This document shows, one piece after another, positions 55,825 to 64,000 of a stretch of DNA of 64,000 bases. Each line of letters begins with the position of its first letter. Positions within the stretch are counted from its first letter, which is position 1. The DNA comes from Flavobacteriales bacterium (GTDB lineage Bacteria; Bacteroidota; Bacteroidia; Flavobacteriales_D; Sanyastnellaceae): assembly GCA_034439875.1 (NCBI GenBank), contig JAWXBG010000223.1:2973-66972 (forward strand), given 5' to 3'. The notes under the pieces are model-generated. The model saw nothing but the letters and a program-made list of their open reading frames with translations. It searched no databases and was not told the DNA's origin. Both the position numbers and the translations under genes were made by a program.

Positions 55825-56667
55825 TTGAATAGAATGAATGAAGCAGAAAAACTTCAGTTCGCTGAAAAGATTGAGAAAATTTGGAACGATCGAACTTTGC
55901 TTTCGGAGGAATCTTCGGTTCACGCAATTGAGTCTGTGATAGAGCATCTGGATAAAGGAACTTTGCGCGTTGCCGAACCTTCCACCGTTGATACATGGCA
56001 TGTGAACGAATGGGTGAAAAAGGCAGTCATTCTCTATTTCCCCATCAGAAAAATGGAAGTACTCCATGCAGGTCCATTAGAGTTTCACGATAAGATGAAA
56101 CTGAAAGAGAATTATGCCGCACTTGGTGTAAGGGTTGTTCCTCATGCTGTTGCCCGATACGGGGCTTATTTGGCAAAGGGAGTCATTTTAATGCCGAGTT
56201 ATGTAAATATTGGAGCTTATGTAGATTCAGGGACAATGGTCGACACATGGGCTACAGTGGGCAGTTGTGCTCAGATTGGCAACAATGTTCACCTAAGTGG
56301 TGGTGTGGGTATAGGTGGTGTATTAGAGCCTGTACAAGCAGCCCCAGTGATCATTGAGGATGGTTGTTTCATTGGTTCGAGAAGTATCGTTGTAGAGGGC
56401 GTGAGGGTGTGTCGCGAAGCAGTGCTCGGAGCCAACGTTGTGCTAACTGCAAGCACAAAAATTATTGATGTAACGGGAGAGAGTCCTGTGTTTTACGAAG
56501 GTATTATTCCTCCGAGAAGCGTGGTAATTCCCGGTAGCTACCCCAAAAAATTTGCTGCGGGAGAATACAATGTGAATTGTGCACTTATCATTGGTAAAAG
56601 AAAAGAATCTACAGATCTCAAAACGTCCTTGAACGATGCCCTTCGGGACTATGGAGTCTCTGTGTAA
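55825..56667 (+). CDS. dapD: 2,3,4,5-tetrahydropyridine-2,6-dicarboxylate N-succinyltransferase
   Basis: It has hexapeptide-repeat LbH sequence (GAYVDSGTMVDTWATVGSCAQIGNNVHLSGGVGIGGVLEP) and a DapD-type N-terminal domain. Confidence 0.9.
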   Translation: MNRMNEAEKLQFAEKIEKIWNDRTLLSEESSVHAIESVIEHLDKGTLRVAEPSTVDTWHVNEWVKKAVILYFPIRKMEVLHAGPLEFHDKMKLKENYAALGVRVVPHAVARYGAYLAKGVILMPSYVNIGAYVDSGTMVDTWATVGSCAQIGNNVHLSGGVGIGGVLEPVQAAPVIIEDGCFIGSRSIVVEGVRVCREAVLGANVVLTASTKIIDVTGESPVFYEGIIPPRSVVIPGSYPKKFAAGEYNVNCALIIGKRKESTDLKTSLNDALRDYGVSV

Positions 56668-56671
56668 TTAA

Positions 56672-57670
56672 ATGCTTTTGAAGAAAATCCTTGTCATACA
56701 AACGGCTTTCATTGGCGATGTTGTTCTCGCAAGTCCTGTATGGGAAAAGCTAAGAATAAGTTTTCCAAATTCCTTGATTGATGTATTGGCTAGAAAAGGA
56801 AACGAATCTTTGCTGAATGGCCATCCTTTTATCAATCAAGTGTTGGTGTGGGATAAGCAAAAGGGTAAATACAAGGAGTTGATACGAACAATAATAACCG
56901 TTCGAAAAAAGAAGTACGACGCGGTTATAAATCTCCAGCGTTTTGCATCTTCCGGATTGATTACAGTATTAAGTGGCGCCGATTACAAAGCGGGATTCGA
57001 TAAAAATCCGTTGTCTTTTTTGTTCAATCACAAAGCCCCTCATTTAATCGGAAAGAAAGGGGACAAAAATTGGATTCATGAAACTGATAGAAATCTGTCT
57101 GTGTTAACCGGTCTTTGTGATACGGCTACAATTCGGATGCAGCTCTATCCATCTCAAGAGGATCTTGATTGGGCGAAGTCATTTTCGCAAAAATCGTTTA
57201 TCACCATTTCTCCGGCATCGGTCTGGTTTACAAAGCAAACACCGGCATTGGTTTGGAATCAATTTATATCCACTCTAGGCACTCTTCAGGTAGTGCTATT
57301 GGGTGGAATGGGAGATAGAGTATTATGCGAGAAGATTAAAGCACTTTATCCGGACAAAGTAAGGGTGATGGCAGGCGAACTCTCATTGCTTCGTTCTGCG
57401 GCCTTAATGAAATTTGCAGCAATGAACTATGTGAACGATTCTGCTCCGATGCATCTTGCATCTGCTGTGGATGCACCGGTCACAGCAGTATTTTGCAGTA
57501 CAATACCTGAGTTCGGCTTTGGACCTAGATCTTCCTCATCTCACGTTGTAGAATATACCGAGCCATTGTCCTGCAAACCTTGCGCATTACACGGCAGAAG
57601 TAGTTGCCCTGAAGGTCATTTCAATTGTTCGAAAATATTGGCAGAACAACTTAAAGAAACCTTGAAATGA
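56672..57670 (+). CDS. glycosyltransferase family 9 (heptosyltransferase-like)
   Basis: It has the N-terminal ILVIQTAFIGDVVLASPV and the C-terminal NDSAPMHLASAV motif. Confidence 0.85.
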   Translation: MLLKKILVIQTAFIGDVVLASPVWEKLRISFPNSLIDVLARKGNESLLNGHPFINQVLVWDKQKGKYKELIRTIITVRKKKYDAVINLQRFASSGLITVLSGADYKAGFDKNPLSFLFNHKAPHLIGKKGDKNWIHETDRNLSVLTGLCDTATIRMQLYPSQEDLDWAKSFSQKSFITISPASVWFTKQTPALVWNQFISTLGTLQVVLLGGMGDRVLCEKIKALYPDKVRVMAGELSLLRSAALMKFAAMNYVNDSAPMHLASAVDAPVTAVFCSTIPEFGFGPRSSSSHVVEYTEPLSCKPCALHGRSSCPEGHFNCSKILAEQLKETLK

Positions 57671-58611
57671 AAAGTATATTCAGGACCATCCTTGAACCCA
57701 ATGAATGGAGCGAAAAAGTATCATTTGGTGATGGAATTTTTTTGATCGGTTCTTGTTTCGCAGAAAAAATGGGTGTGCGTTTTCAGCGATACAAATTCGA
57801 TATCTGCTTGAATCCTTTTGGAATTTTGTTTAATCCGGAGTCAATTGCAACGGCTCTGGAAATGATAATTCAAGGAAAACAATTTTCTATAGATGATCTC
57901 GACTTTGATGGAAGTTTATACCACAGTTTTTATCATCACGGACGGTTCTCAGGCAAAGAACCACAATCTGTAATTGACGAGATTAATAGGGATATTCTGA
58001 TTGGAAAAACTTACCTAGAAAAATCTCGTTTTCTTCTTGTCACATTTGGCTCAGCATGGGTTTATGAAGAAAAAGTAAAGCAACGTATTGTTGCTAATTG
58101 CCACAAATTCCCAAATCAGAATTTTCTGAAGCGACTTTTGACTCACGATGAAATAGTCAATTCTTGGAATCAATTGCTAGGAAAACTGAGGAACTTCAAT
58201 CCTGATGTTCGCGTTGTATTTTCAGTAAGCCCGGTGAGATATTTGAAAGATGGTTTTGCAGAAAATCAATTGTCGAAAAGTCACCTTCTGATAGCAGCAA
58301 ATCAACTTTCGGAGCATGGGGGAGTGCAATACTTCCCGTCTTATGAAATCTTCATGGACGATCTTCGTGATTACAGATTTTGTAGTCAAGATATGGTGCA
58401 TCCAAGTGCTGATGCGGTTCAGTATATATGGGAAAAGCTTTTGCACTCCGCTATGGACTATCAAACCACCCAATTACTTGACTCACTTGAGAAGTACTTG
58501 CTATTGGCAGAACATCGGTCTATGCATGAATCGGAAGAGGAAAAAATGCTGAGGTTGGATAAATCGAAGCGTGGTATAGAGATGCTGATTTCGGGATATC
58601 GACAAGGTTGA
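57667..58611 (+). CDS. GSCFA domain protein
   Basis: The eponymous motif is present (IFLIGSCFAEKMG). It overlaps the GT9 gene by 4 nt. Confidence 0.85.
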   Translation: MKSIFRTILEPNEWSEKVSFGDGIFLIGSCFAEKMGVRFQRYKFDICLNPFGILFNPESIATALEMIIQGKQFSIDDLDFDGSLYHSFYHHGRFSGKEPQSVIDEINRDILIGKTYLEKSRFLLVTFGSAWVYEEKVKQRIVANCHKFPNQNFLKRLLTHDEIVNSWNQLLGKLRNFNPDVRVVFSVSPVRYLKDGFAENQLSKSHLLIAANQLSEHGGVQYFPSYEIFMDDLRDYRFCSQDMVHPSADAVQYIWEKLLHSAMDYQTTQLLDSLEKYLLLAEHRSMHESEEEKMLRLDKSKRGIEMLISGYRQG

Positions 58612-58641
58612 AGTAGTAATACCGATCTTTTACCAATGGTT

Positions 58642-58922
58642 CTTAATAAACGTTCCATACTACATTGCGCATTGGAAGTTTGTTTTGGGCAATGCGCTGC
58701 AGGATATTGCATGCATGAAATGGTTAATGTCGTTTAGAGTGCCTGTAACAGGCCATTGAAGTGAAACTTTATTGGACTATTGCAGATACATAAACCCGAA
58801 TCACGCCATGGAGATATCGGAATTCATAGGTCGAACAATTACTTTGTTCCATCGTGTAGATTCGAGAATCCCGCATAGCATTAACCTCAAGATGCTTCCA
58901 ATGCGCAATGCGGGATAAATTG
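58642..58922. repeat. rearranged repeat cluster: internally deleted P (inverted), S hairpin, full P (copy R6)
   Basis: 58642-58715 matches the distal and proximal ends of P in reverse orientation, with about 75 bp missing. 58741-58789 is an S module and 58789-58922 is a P module in forward orientation. Confidence 0.8.
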
Positions 58923-59015
58923 GTTTAGCACTGCTTCCGGTTAAAGAATATTAAGTGCCTCACTAAACATCTTGCATGCTCTAGATTGATGGCTAGAAAT
59001 TCTCCAACACGAAAA

Positions 59016-59036
59016 AACCCCGGACAAGCCGAGGTT
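59016..59036 (-). terminator. rho-independent terminator after the 59058-59417 gene
   Basis: On the minus strand, AACCTCGG-cttgt-CCGGGGTT (one G-U pair) is followed by TTTTTC. Confidence 0.65.
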
Positions 59037-59057
59037 TTATATATGAATTGAAGGAGA

Positions 59058-59417
59058 TTACTTCTTTTTCTGGGTAGGGTTGATTTGCACCGTTGGAGCA
59101 GCACCACTTTGACGATTGATGTTCATGTGAACAGCTTGATCCGGCGCAAATTTGGGAAGACTATATGAATTGTCAAAACCTTCTCCCTTCACGGTAAAAT
59201 CTATTCCAATAAGTTGACGATTTCCATCAAATACAGGGCTGTAATCAAAGTTTACACCCACGGCCTGAAGATCGTTTCTGAGGTACATCAACTCTTCGCG
59301 AGTGGTTTCGGAGGAGATTGTGATATCAACCAATTCTTGAGAAATGGTATTTTGGGCAATGGAATTGAGGCCCGAAAAGAGGGCTACAGTGGCAATGATT
59401 AGTCGCAGAGTTTTCAT
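59058..59417 (-). CDS. small secreted hypothetical protein
   Basis: A 119-aa protein with a signal peptide (MKTLRLIIATVALFSGLNSIAQ) and its own terminator. It has no family assignment. Confidence 0.5.
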   Translation of the reverse strand: MKTLRLIIATVALFSGLNSIAQNTISQELVDITISSETTREELMYLRNDLQAVGVNFDYSPVFDGNRQLIGIDFTVKGEGFDNSYSLPKFAPDQAVHMNINRQSGAAPTVQINPTQKKK

Positions 59418-59538
59418 GGTTGGATGAGTTTATTTGAATCAAAACTAATAAATCTATGCTTAGGTTGCATGAAAAGTCAAAATAATCTGAATTTCATCTC
59501 ACAAAAGATTGAACAGGAGTAATTTTGCGCCCTCAAAA

Positions 59539-60075
59539 ATGACCATGAAAGAAGATAATAAGAGAATTGAAGATTTGAAAAGGGATTTATTCAGTACTGA
59601 TGAGGCTGTGGTAGTATCCGCTTTGAGTAAATGTCGCGAAACGGGAAATCACAACCTAGTGCTGCCCCTTATTAATTTGTTTGCGGCTTCAGAAAGTGCC
59701 TTGGTGAAAGAAAATGTGGCCGATATACTGAGCAATCTGAAGGTCACACGAACCGAGTCACCTTTCTTAGAAGCCCTTCAAGAGGATTCTCTAAGGGCAG
59801 TGAGAAGAGATGTCTTGCATTTTATGTGGAATAGCGGATTGCAACCAACAGACAGATTAACCGAGTTGGTTGAGTTGACCGTTCGTTCCGAGTTCGAAGA
59901 AATCTTAGAATGTCTCACATTGATCGAAAGCATGGATGGACCATTTGCAGAAGAGCAAATAGAAGAATCTAGCTACATTTTGCGAGAATGGATTGCCGGA
60001 CATTCAAATGATGATAGTCTGACTTTAATGGTCGAATTTTTGAAGGTTGTGGAAGATCTTCCTGTAAGTTACTAG
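59539..60075 (+). CDS. hypothetical helical-repeat (HEAT-like) protein
   Basis: Its sequence is rich in predicted helices. I prefer the ATG at 59539 over the TTG at 59509. It is convergent with asnB and overlaps it. Confidence 0.45.
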   Translation: MTMKEDNKRIEDLKRDLFSTDEAVVVSALSKCRETGNHNLVLPLINLFAASESALVKENVADILSNLKVTRTESPFLEALQEDSLRAVRRDVLHFMWNSGLQPTDRLTELVELTVRSEFEEILECLTLIESMDGPFAEEQIEESSYILREWIAGHSNDDSLTLMVEFLKVVEDLPVSY

Positions 60076-61946
60076 TGCTGCTTTTGCTGCCAGTTTCTCA
60101 GAATAAAGAGACTCCACAATAGAGAAGCCGGGAGTTGATTGTAGTAAGTATCCGATTCAACACATTTTTTAAGAAAGATCGGATTTAAGGGTATTTCGTT
60201 TTGTTGAATGAGTTCTTGCAACGAACTTTTTATTCTTTCCCGCAATGGCCCTTTTACCCATTGGTCTATGGGAATTTCAAATCCTTTTTTTCTTTGATTG
60301 AGCAAGGTTTTTGGCAAAAGATGCCCGAATTCTTGGCGCAAAATCCATTTTTGACCAAGGCGATTTATTTTTTCGTGGGCGCTCATTACGTTTGCGGTTT
60401 CAACCACTCTGTAATCCAAGAACGGTGAACGGATTTCGAGCGCATGTGCCATACTCATCAGGTCTATTTTTACCAACATATCGTTCGCCAGCACTAGCTT
60501 TTGATCAGTCAGCAGAACTCTATTCAAATCTCCATTCTGATCCTTCAGCCAGGATTGTCTTGACTGCTTCAGGCGATCCAATAAATCATTTCCGACAATT
60601 TCCCCAATCAAATGATCTTCCGTAAATGCAGCCAACTGCCAGTATGCATTTTGATCGTCGGCTTTCAATATTTTTAAATACCGAGAGGCTTGTCTTTTTT
60701 TGTCTTGAAAAAATGAACTTCGGTTTCCGGAGTCATTTTTAAGAAGAGGTGCGAATAATTGCATTGTACTGTTTAAGGCACTTTTTCTTTTTCTGGAATA
60801 AAGTGCATAGTGCTTTCGATAACCGCCAAAAAGTTCGTCGGCACCATCCCCGCTCAAGGCGACTGTGACATGATTTTTTACGTTTTTGGCCAAAAAATAG
60901 GTAGCCACGGAAGAAGAATCCGCGAAGGGTTCATCGAGTGCGAATAGGTAATCGTCGATGGACTCCAACATGTCTCTTTGAGTCAACGGAATGGTTGTAT
61001 GGCTTGCACCAATATGAGAAGCCATCAGAGAAGCATTTTCCGATTCATCGAGATAGGGCTCTTCAGGAAATGAAACAGAAAATGTTTTTAGTTGATTCGT
61101 TTTCTGGGCTGCAAGGGCACAAATGATGGATGAATCGAGTCCGCCGCTTAGGAATGCACCAATGGGAACGTCTGAAATCATTCGCATGGAAATAGAATCA
61201 TTCAGGTGATTTCTAAGTTCTTCTGCCAAGTTTTCTCTAGAAGTGGTTTCTCGTTTTCTCTTTTCTGGAGTGTACCAAGATTCTACTTTGATTCCCGATG
61301 CATTGGAGGTGATCAGATGTCCCGGCTCCAGTTTATGATACGATGAATAAATACCTTGAGGAGCCGGTATGTATGTGAGTTGAAGAAAATAGGCGAGGGC
61401 TAGTTGATTAAATTTTCTAGTGATTGGAAATGCACTTAAAGTTTTTGACTCAGATGCAAAAAATAGGACATCATTTTCTGTGCTATACCAGAGGGGTTTT
61501 TCACCGAAGCGATCGCGCGCGATGATCATTTCATCTTCTTCGGCATCATAGAAAGCGAATGCAAAAAAGCCGTTCAGTTTATGGAGGGCATCTTTTCCTT
61601 CTTTGATGAGCAAAGTCAAAAGAACTTCGGTGTCGCTATTTGTTTTGAAATTGAAGTCGCGCAAACTAGGCTCGTTTTTCAGTTCACGATAATTGAAAAT
61701 CTCTCCATTAAAAACGATAGAATATCGTCCACTTATGTCTGAGAATGGTTGGTCGGCACTTTGCGAAAGATCAATGATGCGAAGTCTGTTGTGACCGAGC
61801 AGAGCATTATTTGTTTTTTTAAATGAACGGTGATCAGGGCCTCTGTGATGTTGAAGGTCTAAGGCCTTTATCAAGCACGACGCAGGATCGATTTGAAACC
61901 GTCTTTCAAAATCTGGCAAGCCATGGACTCCTGCAATTCCGCACAT
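60072..61946 (-). CDS. asnB: asparagine synthase (glutamine-hydrolysing)
   Basis: It has the N-terminal nucleophile MCGIAG and the PP-loop SGGLDSS, at 624 aa. Confidence 0.92.
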   Translation of the reverse strand: MCGIAGVHGLPDFERRFQIDPASCLIKALDLQHHRGPDHRSFKKTNNALLGHNRLRIIDLSQSADQPFSDISGRYSIVFNGEIFNYRELKNEPSLRDFNFKTNSDTEVLLTLLIKEGKDALHKLNGFFAFAFYDAEEDEMIIARDRFGEKPLWYSTENDVLFFASESKTLSAFPITRKFNQLALAYFLQLTYIPAPQGIYSSYHKLEPGHLITSNASGIKVESWYTPEKRKRETTSRENLAEELRNHLNDSISMRMISDVPIGAFLSGGLDSSIICALAAQKTNQLKTFSVSFPEEPYLDESENASLMASHIGASHTTIPLTQRDMLESIDDYLFALDEPFADSSSVATYFLAKNVKNHVTVALSGDGADELFGGYRKHYALYSRKRKSALNSTMQLFAPLLKNDSGNRSSFFQDKKRQASRYLKILKADDQNAYWQLAAFTEDHLIGEIVGNDLLDRLKQSRQSWLKDQNGDLNRVLLTDQKLVLANDMLVKIDLMSMAHALEIRSPFLDYRVVETANVMSAHEKINRLGQKWILRQEFGHLLPKTLLNQRKKGFEIPIDQWVKGPLRERIKSSLQELIQQNEIPLNPIFLKKCVESDTYYNQLPASLLWSLFILRNWQQKQH

Positions 61947-62012
61947 AAAACTTTTAGAGATTTTCTATTTCTTGAATAAACGAAAGTGCCAAAGTAAGTA
62001 CTGAAAAACAAA

Positions 62013-62033
62013 GAAGGGGCATAATGCCCCTTC
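62013..62033 (-). terminator. rho-independent terminator after the adhesin gene
   Basis: GAAGGGGCA-tta-TGCCCCTTC forms a 9-bp stem followed on the minus strand by TTTGTTTTTC. Confidence 0.8.
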
Positions 62034-62057
62034 CTGATACAGTAGCAAATATGTTGC

Positions 62058-64000
62058 CTATCTCATCAGAAGGATCTGACCAGATATTTCGGCAGCTTCT
62101 TTCGATACACCCTGGTATTTTATTACGTATGTATACACTCCATCTTGAATGAAGTATTCGCCATTTTTGGTATTACCGGTCCATGCTTGATTGAGGTCTT
62201 CGCTGCGGAAAACAACATCTCCCCAACGACTGAAAATGATGATTTCATATTCAAGAATTCCCATTCCATATACTTGGAACACATCGTTAATTCCATCACC
62301 ATCTGGAGTAAATGCATTTGGTACATATAATTCCAAAGGCGGATACACGACGCTGTAGCCATAGTCGTAACAGCCAATGTTATTATTCACATATAGCTCT
62401 ACCTGGTACTGAGCCAGACCATCAAATGTGTGAATAGGATTTGCAATGTCGCTAGTAATTCCGTCACCAAAATTCCAAGTATAATTGCAGTCTTCACAAT
62501 CGTCCATTACATCAGCCACAAACTGCACTTCAGTTTCTGAAAGATATGTGAGCGTAAATCCGGCATTTACATCTTGAACATCAACTTCTACATTCTCTGT
62601 TTCAATTTGATTACATTGGTCAGAAACAGACACTTCATATAAAGCAAGAGTTCCTGGGCTTACTTGTACGTTTTGGTCAGAACTACTTAACATAGGTCCG
62701 CTCCAGTCGTAAACCAAAGCTCCGGCACCACCTGAGCCTTCAACGCTGAGTGTAATTTGAGAGCCAAGGCAAATACTTGTATCCTGACTAACTACTACCT
62801 CTATAGCAGGATTATCGATGAACAGAGTAACGGTTGACTGATCGCTCAATCCACAAATGTCAGTTACCAAAAGTTCAATAGATGTTGTTTCATCGGCCTG
62901 ATATTCGAGAACATCACCACTTCCGATTACAACTCCATTCGCAGTCCATTCATATTCAAATGGAGCCTCACCCAAATTCACTGTACTTGTGAATTGTCCT
63001 ACCTCTACGCATGTTACCGTCACATCAGGACTAAGACTGAGTTCCGGGGCCACATTTACAATTTCGATATCTACTTCTCCTGTGGCAGAAGAATTACAGT
63101 TGTCCGTTACGTTTAGCACTACAGTAACCGACTGGCTCGAAGAATATGCTAGAGTTTCATTACTTCCAACATTAGATCCGTTTACCGTCCAAACGTAGTT
63201 GTAAGATCCAGGACCGCTACCACCCGTTACTTCAGGATCGATGAAGAAAACATCCGTACAAGTACCCGTAAATGGACCTGGCATTAATAAATCCATTGGA
63301 ATGGGTTCAACATTGATATTGATGATTGAATTGTAGTAGCCTCCGCAGTTGTCCGAAATGTACAATTGAATTTGGAAATCATTCGATGCCGTGAAAGAAT
63401 ATGTATCAGCAGAACCGAGATAATTCCAGTTTATGTCGTACCAGGTAAACCAAAATGGTTCCTGACCAAATTCTACAAGTGGATCGAGGGTCACAAAAGC
63501 TCCACAAGAAACAGTTGTATCAAGAGGCATTGTTACTTGCATAGGAGTAATTGATGAGGTGGCCGTTACGGTATGAGTTGTGATTTCACCGCAGCCATCT
63601 TCAACGCTTATAGTTACTTCACCTACGCCATTCCATGGACCATACCACAATGTGTTTTGCCATCCCCAAAGATTATTTCCTTCATCATTACTCCAGAACC
63701 AAGCGCTGTAGTTTCCATCACCACCGGTAGCGGTAGCTGTAAGTTGTAAACCAAAGCAATCAACTACAAAGTCGCCTTGATCTATCAACACACTAAATGG
63801 CGGGAATTCTGCCACCTCAATAATGATATTTGCATCGTCGGAAGGCATACCGCATGTATCGCTTACCATTACATTGTAAGTTGTACTAATCAGTGGTGAT
63901 ACTGTGATCATTTGGGAAGTCTCTCCCGTACTCCAGTCAAAGCTGTAAACACCATATCCACCAGAAATAATCGGCTCAATGTCGATAATGGCTCCATCGC
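62058..64000 (-). CDS. large T9SS type-B sorting domain adhesin with repeated Ig-like modules (N-terminal part outside the window)
   Basis: The frame stays open to the window edge. It has the C-terminal CHU_C motif (YVPNAFTPDGDGINDVF...FSRWGDVVF...AWTG). Upstream are at least six modules of about 80-90 aa, each with GG.G.Y.Y.W and V.D.CG motifs. Confidence 0.85.
   Translation of the reverse strand, partial: DGAIIDIEPIISGGYGVYSFDWSTGETSQMITVSPLISTTYNVMVSDTCGMPSDDANIIIEVAEFPPFSVLIDQGDFVVDCFGLQLTATATGGDGNYSAWFWSNDEGNNLWGWQNTLWYGPWNGVGEVTISVEDGCGEITTHTVTATSSITPMQVTMPLDTTVSCGAFVTLDPLVEFGQEPFWFTWYDINWNYLGSADTYSFTASNDFQIQLYISDNCGGYYNSIININVEPIPMDLLMPGPFTGTCTDVFFIDPEVTGGSGPGSYNYVWTVNGSNVGSNETLAYSSSQSVTVVLNVTDNCNSSATGEVDIEIVNVAPELSLSPDVTVTCVEVGQFTSTVNLGEAPFEYEWTANGVVIGSGDVLEYQADETTSIELLVTDICGLSDQSTVTLFIDNPAIEVVVSQDTSICLGSQITLSVEGSGGAGALVYDWSGPMLSSSDQNVQVSPGTLALYEVSVSDQCNQIETENVEVDVQDVNAGFTLTYLSETEVQFVADVMDDCEDCNYTWNFGDGITSDIANPIHTFDGLAQYQVELYVNNNIGCYDYGYSVVYPPLELYVPNAFTPDGDGINDVFQVYGMGILEYEIIIFSRWGDVVFRSEDLNQAWTGNTKNGEYFIQDGVYTYVIKYQGVSKEAAEISGQILLMR

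Overview
The window looks like a chromosomal segment of a Bacteroidota genome, probably Flavobacteriia-like. That inference rests on two T9SS type-B (CHU_C) sorting domains, RNase Y, BshC, several Bacteroidota DUF families and no obvious Shine-Dalgarno usage. It holds about 55 mostly housekeeping protein genes. These include thrS-infC-rpmI-rplT, recA, a serC-serA-DUF1015-yggS operon, rny, zapA, an M23 peptidase, a metazoan-like ACMSD decarboxylase, and a hybrid histidine kinase followed by a fully degenerate paralogue. Also present are mltG, a wza-wzc-rfbC-GT4 polysaccharide locus, a photolyase operon, a TonB-dependent receptor, an ECF sigma cluster, bshC, ruvX, dapD, asnB and a large T9SS adhesin truncated at the window end. 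I found no rRNA, tRNA, CRISPR array, transposase, integrase or recognisable defence system. The main thing the gene models do not explain is a modular family of interspersed repeats at six intergenic loci, near 6.5, 11.1, 18.7, 29.3, 31.5 and 58.8 kb. It has three parts: (i) a 172-bp MITE-like element in three full copies, each with about 17-nt terminal inverted repeats and a perfect 5-bp target-site duplication; (ii) a roughly 50-nt hairpin module (S); (iii) a roughly 110-nt module (P) ending in a long hairpin. One MITE copy sits inside the hairpin loop of a P module, and paralogous P copies act as the empty site. No autonomous partner lies in the window. All repeat boundaries and identities come from by-eye alignment and need computational confirmation.
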